The translations under genes and the position numbers were made by a program. From the NCBI GenBank assembly GCA_946965045.2, contig OX337229.1, positions 3,906,001 through 3,970,000 of the forward strand: a DNA stretch of 64,000 nt, in the 5' to 3' direction. The stretch's first letter is position 1. Every line of letters starts with the position of its first letter. A model generated the notes under the pieces. That model worked only from the letters and a program-made list of their open reading frames with translations, did no database searches and was not told the origin of the DNA. The stretch comes from Epithemia pelagica (Eukaryota > Protista > Bacillariophyta). Below, piece by piece: positions 46,716 to 58,900 of this stretch.

Positions 46716-49700
46716 ATGTCTTCGAAATCACGCGGCCTTGGAGGGTTTCGTCAACGTATGAGTGGAAAATCGAAAAAGGATGAAGAAATCGCTCCTGAAA
46801 ATTCACAGAATGGTATGAGAGAGTCCTCCGGTCACGAACGCGAAGGTCGATCCAGGTCTAACACCAGTTCGCGAAGGGCTCACTCGATTTCAACGCCTTC
46901 AAGTCCGAAGGGAGACAAAGCACGACGATCTCATTCCGTGACCAAAGCTGCACAGGTCGAAGAAGACGTTTTTGTTGACAACACACCTGATAGTCCAACG
47001 AGATCGCAATCGCAACAACCACGAGGTCGAGATGGAAGAAATATTATTCAACGACTGCGTGATAGGAGCCGGTCGCGTTCGCGATCTCGTTCAAGATCAA
47101 GAGGAGAGAGTCAGAAAGAAATGTTGGTGGCCGTTACATCCTGCAGAAGTGACGGGTACTACAACCAGAAAGCTCCCGGGTCCACTTCAAAACTACCACG
47201 AAAAGCTCCTGCTAATCTTAAGTTGTTTCATGAACTTGCCGTTGGTGTCAAGGATGCTTATGTTGCGGCGGATTCAACTCCGAAGCAGCCTACCGAGCAG
47301 GAGGAACAAGAGCTTGAAAAGAGCGAGCTTGAGGGACGGAATGTTCTCTGGGAGTTTGTGGGAAATCTAGATTTTGTAAGTACCTTTGTGTTGTTGGGAC
47401 AACGTCCCAAATGGCGCATGTTTTCGCTTATGCTGACCTGTGCATGCTGCTTTTAGCTCCTAGCGCTAGTAGACGAGGTAGCGGTTGATAGCGTCACTCG
47501 TGGAGCCCTCAAAGATGATTCTGCATTCAAAGGGTTACGAGATGTGATCAAAAAGGGTAACAGAGTGCTGGAAGAAATGTTGGTTCGTCGTGAGCGCAAA
47601 TACACTTTATTTTTTCGACTGGTCCACCCAGAGGATAGCCAGCAAATAGAACGCATGAAAACATGGAACCAGAAAGTGGAGAAAGTTGTCGGAGCTGTCA
47701 CCGAAGATCGCGAGGCGATTCTGAACGCTTCCGATTCCGGCAGTGAAGCTTCCTCAGTTGGAAGTGGAGTGAGCGGCCGTGTGGGTGTGTTTAATAGAGG
47801 CCGTCAATTGTTGCCCACAGCCGGTCGAGTACGTGGTCGACGTGCAACTCCTACACCGCGGTTACGCAAGAGGGATACGAGTGAATCTGAAAACACCGCA
47901 GATTCTGCGTCGGATGGGTTCTCAACCGTTACTGCCCCATCGATATCCACCATTGGATCATCATCAACTGTAGAAAATGAAGAGGGGGAGGGAGACATTC
48001 TTCCTAGTGGCCTTCGTAGCGGTGGTAGCGCTGAGCTGGCGACTGCTAAGCCCATTCTTCCGAAGGATGAGCTAGTAGATGTCATTCGAGGCTTGCGAGT
48101 TGAAAAAATGACTAAAGGTGACGCGAAAGCTGACGAAGAGTTAGCCCAACTCAAGCCCAACTGGTTGCCCAAAGCTGATGTGCCACCGTCGGTCCCAAAA
48201 CTTCCCGTGGAATATGTTCATCGCCATCGTTTGATGAAACAGGTTGTGAACTGCCTTCTTGGCGAGGTTGAGAATGCCCCCGATGCAAACTCAGGTTCAA
48301 ATCTTATAACATGCGTTACGTCGCGTCATGGAGACAAAGCCGGGAACGGAAAGTCTACACTTGCTGTAGCAGTAATACAAACTGTTGAAGTACGGGAACG
48401 CTTTGTCGATGGCATCGCCTGGCTGAAATTAGGCCGTGCGGCCCTCAGTGACCGAGATGTTCGTAGACTCTACGAAGAACTTTATCGTCAACTCATTGTG
48501 AAAGAACAGGATATTGATGCATCCGTGAGTGAAGGAGACAAATTGCACTTTAATGATTCGGTCAATTCGCTGAACTCAGATACCAGGGTTGACAGGACGG
48601 TGGAACGGGCGGACAGTGTACGCCGGTTCCAAGGCGGTGATCTGGAAGGTATTAAAGAAGATCTTGGGAGGATGTTGGTTGAAAGGAAGGTATTGATTTG
48701 CCTCGACGACGTTTGGAGAGTTGAGGACGCTAAATGGTTCATCTTCGAGAACAATTTTGCACCGAATTCTAGGGATAGCCCTTACAAAGTGTTAATTACA
48801 ACCCGTGCACCTTCCCTCCTTGGAACAGGAACAGTGCAAGAAGTCTTTGTCCGCATTTTGTCTGAGCATGAAGCTGTCAAGTTGCTTCTTTCAACTTCTG
48901 GGCGCCGACCTTACGGTGGTCGTAGTTCTGCGGTGTTTAATCAATCGAAACTGGTTGTGAAAGGTTGTGGAAACTCGCCTCTCGGAATTTTGCTTGTCGG
49001 CAGTATGCTCCGGAACCACAATCGAAACTGGAATATGAACTCTTCAGTTTGGAACGGTATTTTCAACCAGTGTGGGTTGAATCTTGAAGAAGCAGCCCAG
49101 TTGAGAAGTTTCAAAAACGCGTTGATGAGAATATTGGATGCGAGCTTCTTCACAATTGCCGATCCTTGCTACCGGGTAGCAATGCGAAGGTGTTTTGTCC
49201 TGTATGCCATCGCGTTCAGGTCAAACGACTGGATGTTGTCAGGCAAAGGGATTCCGCAGTCCGTCATCACTCAGTTCTTCAAGACTGTCATTGCAACCGG
49301 CCCTGTTGGTGATCGAGAAATTGACGCCAAACAAATCCTGTTGACTCTAGAGAATCTCAAACTAGTTCAACGGGCAGGACATAGCATCTCACCGCCCGTG
49401 ACTAAAGAGGCTGATAACGATGCCTCCGAATCTTCAAACGGAAACGATGAAGGGGACACATGGGATGACTTTGATGAAATCCCTAGGCGTCCAATTCAGC
49501 AATACTACACAATGCATGATTCCTTGAGGGCTGTCGCAGAAATCATGGCCCAGCGTCAGATGCCCTGTTTCACTCCTTCAGATGATCAGTACAACTATTT
49601 TAAAGAGTGCATTGTGGAGGAGAAGAAACTTGCTTCTAAGAACTCGCAACTATGGACTGCGCCGCTCCGCTTTCTCACTAAGCAAAATCGAAATGAGACT

Positions 49701-51248
49701 CTTACGGATGATCGTGTCCATGAACTTCTCATTGCGGCTTTGGTAGGTGGTGGAGATGGTAAGGCTCTTTCGAAAACTTCTGTAGCGGAGGCAATGAAAG
49801 CAAATCAGGTATCGATGAAGGGAATAGAAGGAGCAGACAAGTTTGAAGAATATACAACTGCTTTCCTTCCCGAACACCTCATGCTTTCGAAAGCATATTC
49901 TAGTGCTGCAGAGCTCCTCGTTGACGACGGTTTTGTGCGTCGAAGGGTATTCGCAATGGGTATCATGGACGCCACTGGTCGGCAAGTGGCTGATATTCTC
50001 GACCTGCGTAGTTTTATGGGCAAGGGAGCTACAGGTGGAGGAAGGGCTGGAACTGGGTCACCGGTTCGCGGTGAACGGAATCTGATGGACGATGCTGATG
50101 ATGTTGGTCGTCACATTGATCCTTCCTTTGATATTGACGCTGCGATATGCGACGCTGCAAGGATTATTATCGATGAGGTGTATAAGGTTACAAATAGCAT
50201 GGGATCATCAGATTCCTTGGGTATGGCGACATGCCTTGCAACGGTCGGGGAGTGTTTGCTTAAATGCAAGCAACCAAGGGATGCTATGTTGCGACTTGAA
50301 GAAGCTGTCAGCATTTACAGAGGTCTCCTTGGGCCGTACCACGTATATGTTGGGCATGCTCTTCATTCTGTCGCAAAAGCTCTTTCAAAACTCGGGGAGA
50401 CTAGGGTTGCTCTTCTTAAGTTCGCGGAAGCCGCCAGGATTTATGAGGCCTGCAATGCAGCTCTTCACTATGATTCTATTGCTAATGCCCATTCTCTGGC
50501 GTCGCTCTTAGTTGATATCGGGGACGTTCGCAAAGCTGAATCCATGTTTGAAGAGGTGATCTTAATGAAACAAGCGGTCTGTGGTGAAAACTCGGTCCAA
50601 GTTGCGAAAACGATCAATAGCTATGCTATCTTACTGGCGAAGCATGGCAGAATGAAAGATGCAATGCGGAACTATGAGCTGGCTCGAACTACGTACAGCA
50701 AGTCTCCGCCTCCGATAATACATGATCCAGAGTTTGATGTTAAGTGCAGGTATGATGTGACCTTGATCACGTTGAACATAGCTTCGGTATATTCGAAACA
50801 AGGGGATCTGAATAAGGCGCTGGAATGTTACACTGAAGGTGTCAGAGGTTTAGAGGAATTTGACGAAGATATGGGGAGGTTAAGAGAGGCTCGTGGAATC
50901 CATGACCAGTCCCACAAGACATCTTCGCACAAGCACCTTATAGCTGCTTTGGGTCGGATCGGATCTCTGCGTTTGAAGCAAGGAGACAACGAAGGTGCTT
51001 TGGAAGCATACATGGCATTGATTACCCAGGTGGATGACGAAAGTCCAATCTCTTCCCATCATGAGAAAGCGAAAGCACACATCAAATGTGCTACGATCTT
51101 GCGACAGAGAACAGGCGCTGAGAATCGCGAGGAATCGATTACTCATCTGAAGGAGGCCCTGCGCATGTACAAGAGCCTTTATGGTGCTGATCACAAGGAT
51201 ACTGTAGCAATTGCGACGACACTTAAACAGTGGCAGTCTGAAAGGTGA
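46716..51248 (+). CDS. STAND NTPase: helical N-terminal domain, NB-ARC, Apaf-1-like helical domain, TPR repeats (intron 47376-47456)
   Basis: Walker A GDKAGNGKSTLA, Walker B LICLDDVW, VLITTR, GxPL-like GNSPLGI, MHD motif, EYTTAFLPEHL, then multiple TPR-like repeats; phase-0 intron. Confidence 0.88.
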
Positions 51249-51469
51249 GGCAATTGAGTTGCCGCTTTAGCGTGTTAATAGACGAATTTCTTTCTTCTTA
51301 CTATCTACTCCTACTCCTATGTCGAGCATCAAACGTACTCCTAGAGCTAGCTCTAGTAGTGGTGCGATTATTGAAGCTCCGCGTGGAAGTGCGTCGGTCA
51401 ATTGTGCTGACATCCAGAGAAATGAAGATCAAGATCACGACCGACCTCATTAGGAGCGCCGTAAGCTTG

Positions 51470-52690
51470 ATGACGATGGTGCTATCTTCGAGAAAGATAA
51501 GTGTTCTCCTTCTGGTGGGTTACTGCCTCTTTGACGTTGGCGAGTCCGTGCTTGAAAAGATTCCCGGCGCAGTGTACACGAGTGCACGAAAATTCCTGAA
51601 TTTTGGTTCCCTATTTGGATCGGCTACGCATGAGAGTCCTTATGATCGCGTCTCTGGTCAACCCGTATTCTCGGTCACCTCATCATGGGGATCTCCGTAC
51701 ATGAACATGGAAAAGCTCAGTGACCTTGAGGTCAGTGCCTCTGGTAAGAGAAAGAAAGGTGGAGAATTTGGGTCTGCTATGGATGAATCCGATGAGTATC
51801 GCAGCGTTGTGCTTTACTTCATGGACCAAGACGACGCTCTCGGTGTTCACGGAGAGATGAAACAGATGGATCAGATGGCTGACACGGACTTAAGAATTTC
51901 CAGTTTCAGCTTCTCTAAGGCTCTCCGTCAGGCCGCAAATTTGGGTAATGGGCTTCCAACGGGTGCACCACCCGATCCCATCACGGGCGATCTGAAGTCA
52001 CCGAAAGAAGGAGGTTCACTTCGGTATAAGATTGTGCCTTCGAAAAGACAGCTTTACTATGCGGCTCGATGTCATGGACGAGAACGCGTTGGTCTCTTCA
52101 GTGAAACGAGCACAGAGGATGCGGCTATTGCGGTACAGGGGAGCTTTGAAGCTGCCAACCTAGAACGCAGGAGAATGAAGAAAGAACGAAAAATGGCAGA
52201 AAGAAAAAGGACACCAATGCAAATTGCTAACATTCATATGGAAGGAAATTTGGGCATTCCAGTTTTCTACGTCTCTGAGGTGAAGCGAGTGCCCCCTGTA
52301 GTTAAAAGGATTGTTTCTGCGACAGCTCATGAAGCCCCTCTCTTCTTCAACTATGAAGACCTAATGGATGCATGGGAACAGTTGCGGAAGCGCAATCCAC
52401 GAAAAAATCTACCTGAAAAACCGCCTAACGTGGAAGTTTTCAATTTGTGGGATGTTCTTACATCGATGGACCGATACGACTTCCAAGAACGCCAACAAAC
52501 CCGTAGCATTTCCAACCGTCTCTTGCAACCAGTTCGAAGAAGGCTTCCCGCAAGTGACCTTCCTTTGGAATTGCGGCATGTCACATTTGTCCCTTCAAGT
52601 CGCAGTGTTAGCTACAAAGAAAAGATTTCGGCGCGAGGGAACGGGAAAGCCAGGTTGCGTCCCATGAGGGAATGGGGTGTGAGAAGCTAA
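51470..52690 (+). CDS. TIC22: Tic22-like plastid envelope protein
   Basis: Hydrophobic N-terminus; VSGQPVFSVT..GSP, LYFMDQDDA, GIPVFYV, PLFFNYEDL, VEVFNLWDVLTSM and VTFVPS follow the two-repeat Tic22 pattern. Start codon uncertain. Confidence 0.68.
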   Translation: MTMVLSSRKISVLLLVGYCLFDVGESVLEKIPGAVYTSARKFLNFGSLFGSATHESPYDRVSGQPVFSVTSSWGSPYMNMEKLSDLEVSASGKRKKGGEFGSAMDESDEYRSVVLYFMDQDDALGVHGEMKQMDQMADTDLRISSFSFSKALRQAANLGNGLPTGAPPDPITGDLKSPKEGGSLRYKIVPSKRQLYYAARCHGRERVGLFSETSTEDAAIAVQGSFEAANLERRRMKKERKMAERKRTPMQIANIHMEGNLGIPVFYVSEVKRVPPVVKRIVSATAHEAPLFFNYEDLMDAWEQLRKRNPRKNLPEKPPNVEVFNLWDVLTSMDRYDFQERQQTRSISNRLLQPVRRRLPASDLPLELRHVTFVPSSRSVSYKEKISARGNGKARLRPMREWGVRS

Positions 52691-53433
52691 GCGCTTTCAT
52701 GAGAGCCACCCAGCGAAGAGGTACTAACAAATTTTACTTTAAAAAATAAAATACTGGATGAGGTCGATGACGGGAAGTCCTTGGTTGGGCTTTTGGAAGT
52801 CAAAAGACAAGTGAATAGTAGATCCAATCTACTCGTACCTTGGTCTCGGTTGGACTACCTAGGTAGTTACCATCATAGAGTAGTATTCATCTCTGCGCGG
52901 GTAGCAAAGAAGGGAGGCTCATATGCCTTCTTCCAGAATGAGCATATGGATTATGGATTATGGATGCTCAACCTTGTATCCATGGCAATAGTTGGGTTTG
53001 TTGTTTCTCATCCCGGGGATCTTTCCCCTATTGCTCCGAAATTGGTGGGGCGTTGTGCTCGATCGCACCCCATTCTCGCCCAGCCCTTAGCCTTCTTATT
53101 GTTCAAAAGCAGAAGGATAGTGAATATGGATAGGGAATCCTGTTTATCCAATCTGGAATAGATAGGGAAATACTCTGTTAAAATAATAGCATTCTCGCCT
53201 CGCGTGCTCAACGGTCACAACGTATACGCGACACAATTTTGGGGACGTTTACACGATCCCTTAAAGATCCAAACATTCTAGATCTTAACCATAATCTCTT
53301 TTGCCACCTGAGTCCAACTCATCTACTTGGGCCGTAGGAGAGTTTTCACACGCTTCCTCTGCGCTAAAGTGCAGGTCACTCGACAGTCTCGATCAATCGC
53401 CTTCGACCTTCCGAAGTACCCGCAAGCACAACA

Positions 53434-55017
53434 ATGGCACGTCGCACTCGCGGCGAAGAACCACGACGCGGCGTCGGAGCGCCGGAAGACGAAGAAGAAG
53501 CAGTTGCGGGCAATCAAGGAAACCCCAACGAGCAAGAGGAGGAGGAAGAGGAAGACGATTACCTCGAGGCACGTCAAGTGATGAATCAAGACCTTGTCGA
53601 CGCGCTAGGTAGCGCCACACAACGAATCGTGATGGCGATCGACCGCGCAGTCGCAGCCATGGGAGCTCCTGGGGGAGCAGCACCTCCGGGAGGAAATCCG
53701 TTCATTCGCACACCGTTGCAAGCAAGGACGGATCAAACGCTGGACTTCCATCAGAAGGAAGGACGCAAGTACTACGAGAATGCGACTCGATCCCTGTTCT
53801 CCAGTAGCGAAGACAAATTTGACGTCGAGCCGAGCAAGTTCCAGCTGTTCATCACGCTACTGCTAAACCGAGCTAAGGACCTAGGCATGCTCGACTCACC
53901 AACTACGCATGGAAATGCCATGCTACCAAAGGACCCAAGGAATCCCACGGACGATGGAGCCATCAACATTATCAAGGACTATGGAAGAGCTCATCTGGAA
54001 GACATCACCAAGTGGGAGAAGGAGATCCTGAACCAAGAATCCAGGATGAGTCAAAACTCCAAGATCCTCTTTGACCTCCTGATGAACTCCCTGACAGCGA
54101 AGGGAGCACAACGCATCCAAATCTGGCGATCCCAATACACGGTAGATGGGATGGATGCGGGAGCCTGCTTGTTTAAGATTATTGTCCGCGAGAGTTACCT
54201 CGACTCAAACGCGACAGTATCAACAATCAGACTCAATTTGACGAACTTGGACGAGTACATCAGGGAGAACGGAAGCGACCTAGTTGCTTTCAACGCCTAC
54301 GTCCAGAGTCAAGTCGATGGTCTAAAAGCAAGAGGCCATAACACAAGCGATCTAGTAGTCAACCTGTTCAAAGGCTACAGAGCCGTGGAAGATGACAAAT
54401 TCAAGGTCTATCTCCAAGGCATCGAGAACAGCCATGAGGACGGATCAGTCGAGGTTGATGCCCCAACACTCATGTTGCGGGCAGTTAACTTCTACAAGAC
54501 GCGACTAACCAGGAACGAATGGGAACAGCCGACGGAACAACAGAAAGAAGTGTTAGCGCTGCAAACCCAAGTGGAGTCCCTGAAAAAGCAACAGAACCGA
54601 TCCAAGAAGACGACGACCGATGGGAAACGCCAAGGAAATCAAGAAAGCGGATCCTCAAGCAAACCACCCCGTCCGAATTGGCTCCGTAACAATGTCCCAC
54701 CAAAAGAGGGATCCGAACGACGCTTCCGGACTTGGAATAATGCCAAATGGTGGTGGTGTGGTCCGGAAACGGGAGGAAACTGTGGCGGCGGATGGAGGAC
54801 CCATCAACCGTCCGAGTGCCGATCCAAGAAGCGCGAAGCTAGTCCGTCCGCAGGCAAGAAGAAGGAAGATGGAGGCGGACGAAAGAAGTCGTCCAATTTC
54901 TCTGGCAAGAAACGCAAGCAAGATGCCATCAAGCTAGCGGTAGCCAACGAGACCATTATGTCCGATGACGAGGACAAGAACCATTCGGACGCGGAGGACT
55001 CCGAATACAGCACCTGA
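53434..55017 (+). CDS. gag: Gag of host copia element
   Basis: GPxLFK-like GACLFKII, IRLNLTNL, LFKGY, and a CoDi-type knuckle WWWCGPETGGNCGGGWRTHQPSEC; ends in TGA. Confidence 0.88.
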   Translation: MARRTRGEEPRRGVGAPEDEEEAVAGNQGNPNEQEEEEEEDDYLEARQVMNQDLVDALGSATQRIVMAIDRAVAAMGAPGGAAPPGGNPFIRTPLQARTDQTLDFHQKEGRKYYENATRSLFSSSEDKFDVEPSKFQLFITLLLNRAKDLGMLDSPTTHGNAMLPKDPRNPTDDGAINIIKDYGRAHLEDITKWEKEILNQESRMSQNSKILFDLLMNSLTAKGAQRIQIWRSQYTVDGMDAGACLFKIIVRESYLDSNATVSTIRLNLTNLDEYIRENGSDLVAFNAYVQSQVDGLKARGHNTSDLVVNLFKGYRAVEDDKFKVYLQGIENSHEDGSVEVDAPTLMLRAVNFYKTRLTRNEWEQPTEQQKEVLALQTQVESLKKQQNRSKKTTTDGKRQGNQESGSSSKPPRPNWLRNNVPPKEGSERRFRTWNNAKWWWCGPETGGNCGGGWRTHQPSECRSKKREASPSAGKKKEDGGGRKKSSNFSGKKRKQDAIKLAVANETIMSDDEDKNHSDAEDSEYST

Positions 55018-55089
55018 CGAACCTGGAGAAAGTGGAAGATAAACATACTAACCATGATGGTATATATGTTCACCACTTTCTCCCTTAGG
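55015..55089 (+). other. Putative stop-codon readthrough signal: UGA-C, 7-nt spacer, long stem-loop
   Basis: GGAGAAAGTGG (55025-35) pairs perfectly with CCACTTTCTCC (55073-83); inner stems AACATA/TATGTT and ACCA/TGGT; the frame is open after the stop. Confidence 0.72.
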
Positions 55090-55151
55090 CACGCCATAGA
55101 ATGGTTGATTGTTGGGATAGCGCACCAAGTAATCAAGGGAATCCTGATAAT

Positions 55152-55934
55152 TGTTACAATTCTTTCTGAATCGTAGGGACATTGATGCTCGGTAGAGCAG
55201 ACAATCAGGTAGGTCACCAACCGATACAAGCTTCTCAGGGTCAGAGAAGCAAGCAAGTCGAAGTCTATCAGAAGGATAGTCGGGACACAAAAGAGGATGT
55301 GATAAATGGTGATATTGTTAGATTGTGTGTTGATTACTACGATAGGTCTACGTGAAATGTTCGGTCCTGCCAAGGGTCATGTATCATAGGTTCTTGGCGG
55401 CAACAGGTTTGGAATAGTTGGAGTTGATTCATGTGATGTATATGACATGTATATGTGGGCGGATAACATATACAGGGTCAACAGCTCTTGCTTTGGGTTG
55501 GCATAGTTGTTTTCATGGCGCGCAGCTTGTTGACAATTTGGAGATTGTGGGAATGGAAATATGGTCTCGCGTGATCGTGTGTCGTGCTTGGGATACTTAG
55601 ACCGTTGGATCGGATAGATGCCGATAGCGCTCGGATGTCGCTTGGGCGCGCTCGATGATTTCGGGCGCGTACGCTTAGGGCGTTAGTACAGTGTCCGAGC
55701 AACGGCCAAATTTACGTCCGTTGTAATACCGCACGACCCAATTTAGTCTTGAGAGTGAGTTCGTCAATCTATTCTCACTTTTCATGATTTGCGAAGAAAT
55801 ATAGGTCGATATAGCGCGAAGCTAGGAAACATAGCTCGAAGCTAGAGGGCATGATGCGATAGCACGAGGCTATGTGACATGGGGAATCGATGAGATGTAG
55901 AATCTAACCACCATAGACGGTGAGAATTCTAACA
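55152..55934 (-). repeat. 3' LTR of nested element
   Basis: Reads TGTTAG...GTAACA on the minus strand; identical by eye to 62753-63535. Confidence 0.97.
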
Positions 55935-58900
55935 CTCCCCACAACTCGTCGTTTCAGCCTTGTCATCATTGGATTTGTTGAGGTCTTGAACTTCTCCTTT
56001 CCAAAACAACAATGGCTTGAGCATGGGCCAGATAGATACGAAATCCCAATGTTTGCTAAGGATATCGGCGGGGTTGGTCTTTCCATCTTTCCAGTAGAAT
56101 GCAACATACTTTGCTGCGATGGCTTCACGAACTCGGTGGTATGACAGAAGATGGTGTCTCTTGGATAGTATGGAATGAGGAACGGTTGCATTGAGCACAA
56201 CAGATCTGTTATCTCCGTACATGTAACTTCGCTCTCGGATAGGTACTCCAAGGTAGCGGAGAGAATGTCGTAATTCTGTAATCTGATCTATTGCTGTCCT
56301 TGCAGCCACGAACTCGGATCCATAGGTAGCAGTTTCCACTGTGCTCTGTCTCTTGCTGTACCAGTCAATAGGTGTTCCGTTCAACAAATGTAGAACAGCA
56401 GTGACGGATTTACCAGTGACTATGTCATGCATGAGATTGGCATCAACATAATGAGTTGTAGTAACATAGCGGCCAAGAGGTGTTGGGCAGTCTTCAGGAA
56501 TACGTTCACTTGCATTCGAATAGACAGTGCGAGTCCAATCAAATTCTTGGGTAGGAAGACTTGAATAATCAGGCTCTCCAATCCTAAATCTGATTGCGCC
56601 TTCTGGGAGATGTGCAAGGTATCCATAGATACGCTTGGCTCTATCAAGATGTCCTTTCCTCGGAGCAGCACGAAAGCGTGATAGCGTCATTGTAGCGGTG
56701 AAGACGTCGAAACGACCAATAGTGATCACCCATTGAAGTTGTCCAATCAGAGTTTGGAAATGGTTAGTACCTTCTTCATCAAGGAGCTCAGAATCGTCCA
56801 ATTCAGGATGGTCTCCACCAATAAGAGGTGTTTTGGCTTTCTTGGGTTTCTCCTTGAAGATTCGTTCGAAAGTGTCCATCATCTTACCAATGTAGCGTCT
56901 TGGATCTGCTACTAATGTTCCATCAGAATCCTTGGTGTAACAACATCCCAAGTGGAAATCAATAGGTCCATCTCCTTTGAGTTTGAAGTTGTATTTCTCC
57001 TTCAGGATCTTGCAGATATTCCCAGGATCAGTAGAAATAATGGCTAAGTCATCAACGTATACGGCAATGTATTCGTAACAGTCTTCTCCAGGTGCCTTCC
57101 TCATCCAGATATCCGGATCTGCTTTGCTTGGTGAAAATCCCATGTCTGTCAAAACATCGAATAAGACATCATGCCAGCGTGCGCCTGATGACTTCAATCC
57201 ATAAAGTGCCTTGTATATAATCAGGATGTGACCTTCTAATTCCTTGAATTCAGGTCCTGCGACAATGAAAAGTTTCTCCCCTGTCAAGGCTTCCAGATAT
57301 GCGTTTCCAATATCTGCTCCCCATATTTCCAAGTCATTCAAAGTACCCAGGAATAAGGCAATGCGGAGGTTGCGAATGGAAACAACACCTGAATAGATTG
57401 TCTCAACAGGTTCTTTTGTGAGATGTCCATCTGCGACAAGTCTTGCTTTATGTCGTCCATCATGTTTTACGTCAAAGACAAGATGTACACGTATCTTATG
57501 ATATCCTTCAGGTGCATTGGATACTTTCCCTTTAATGAAGATGGCTTTCCCAAAATCCTTGAATGTCTTGTAGGACTGGATCTGTGACAATTCTAATTCT
57601 GTTGCATCTTGCCACTTTGTGTTGCCATGTTGTTTATCAAGAGTGACAGCTTCCTCATAATTGCGTGGTACTTGGAATCCAAACTTATACTTGACGGAAT
57701 GGTGAACTTGTTTAATCCTTGACTGTTTGGCTGCTCGAATGAGACGTTTGCTTGTTTTGACATAACGTTTCAAATGCTTCCATCCAGGTTCGTTGAGTAA
57801 ATCATGTTTCTTTCCATAAATTGCTACAGTGATCGGATCATCATTGGCGATGAGTGATAAAGGTTCATAGGTAGTCTCCCCAGTTTCCCAATCAACAAGC
57901 AAATTATATTTGCTCCCCTTGTAATCTGGATCAGTTGTGTTCAGTGGGCCTTGATGGGCAATGACGTCCCTGAACCTGAAAAGATTATCTCCAGAGGTTT
58001 GAGCTTGGTTATCTCGTTCGATATACTCCATGAGTTGATTATAGGATATCATCTCATCAACATCAGAATTTGTCTTTCGGTAGATATACTTGACACGTTC
58101 TTCCTGTTTCGTTGCTTCTTCATTAAGATCAATGACTCGTTTGATGACACGTGCACGGTGTCGCTCCCCATTTTCTTCTGTGTCGCATAGGAATGTGCGT
58201 CCTATCATGTCGTCAAAATCGATCGTGGGCATTGGTTTGGATGGATCTTCACTATCACTGCGAATGAAGACAGTGTCAGCTTGCTTATCATTGTCATCCT
58301 TGTCAGACGAATCCTCCCCTGAAGGTCGATCCACACGTAGGTTAGGTGTAGTGGATTCAACACGGCGAACGGCAGAACGGTAGATGATCTGGTTATCCTG
58401 GGTGAGAATCTTCCAAGTAAAAGAATCACCAACGTTGTGAGCAAAACCAACCCAGTGGCCAAGTTTCTCATCAGAAGAAGATGGATATGAACCGGAATTG
58501 GGTTCAGCGGGGTCGACACGATAGTAAACCTCATCCCAGAAAGGAAAGAACAAGAGATGAGTAATGTCGGGTGGGCGTCCGGAGAGAGCCTCAAGAGGAG
58601 TGCGACCGGAGTGGGTGGGTGATGACGTATGGTTCAATAAGTCACAGACATACTCAAGGCAAAGAAGCCAGGTGTTGGCAGGGCAACCAGTGGCATTCAT
58701 GAGAGCGTTGGTCATACGTTTAACGGTCTGGTAACGGTTTTCAGCCTTATTCTGGTGTTGATGATAAGGTTCGGATCGATACTCCCCAATAAGCAAAGTG
58801 CGAAGAATGTCTTTAACCTTTTGAGAGATGAGAGATGAACCACCATCACTGATAAGAGTCTCCATGGCACCACGAAACCGGATGTTGTCCTGAAGAGTAT

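Noticed and set aside
53276-53295. Primer-binding site for the host element
   Set aside because: No convincing tRNA 3'-end or anticodon-arm complement, and the LTR boundary itself is unverified.
55048-55702. Short ORFs within the LTRs (duplicated at 62706-63303)
   Set aside because: They recur only because the LTRs are duplicated and show no protein-like features.
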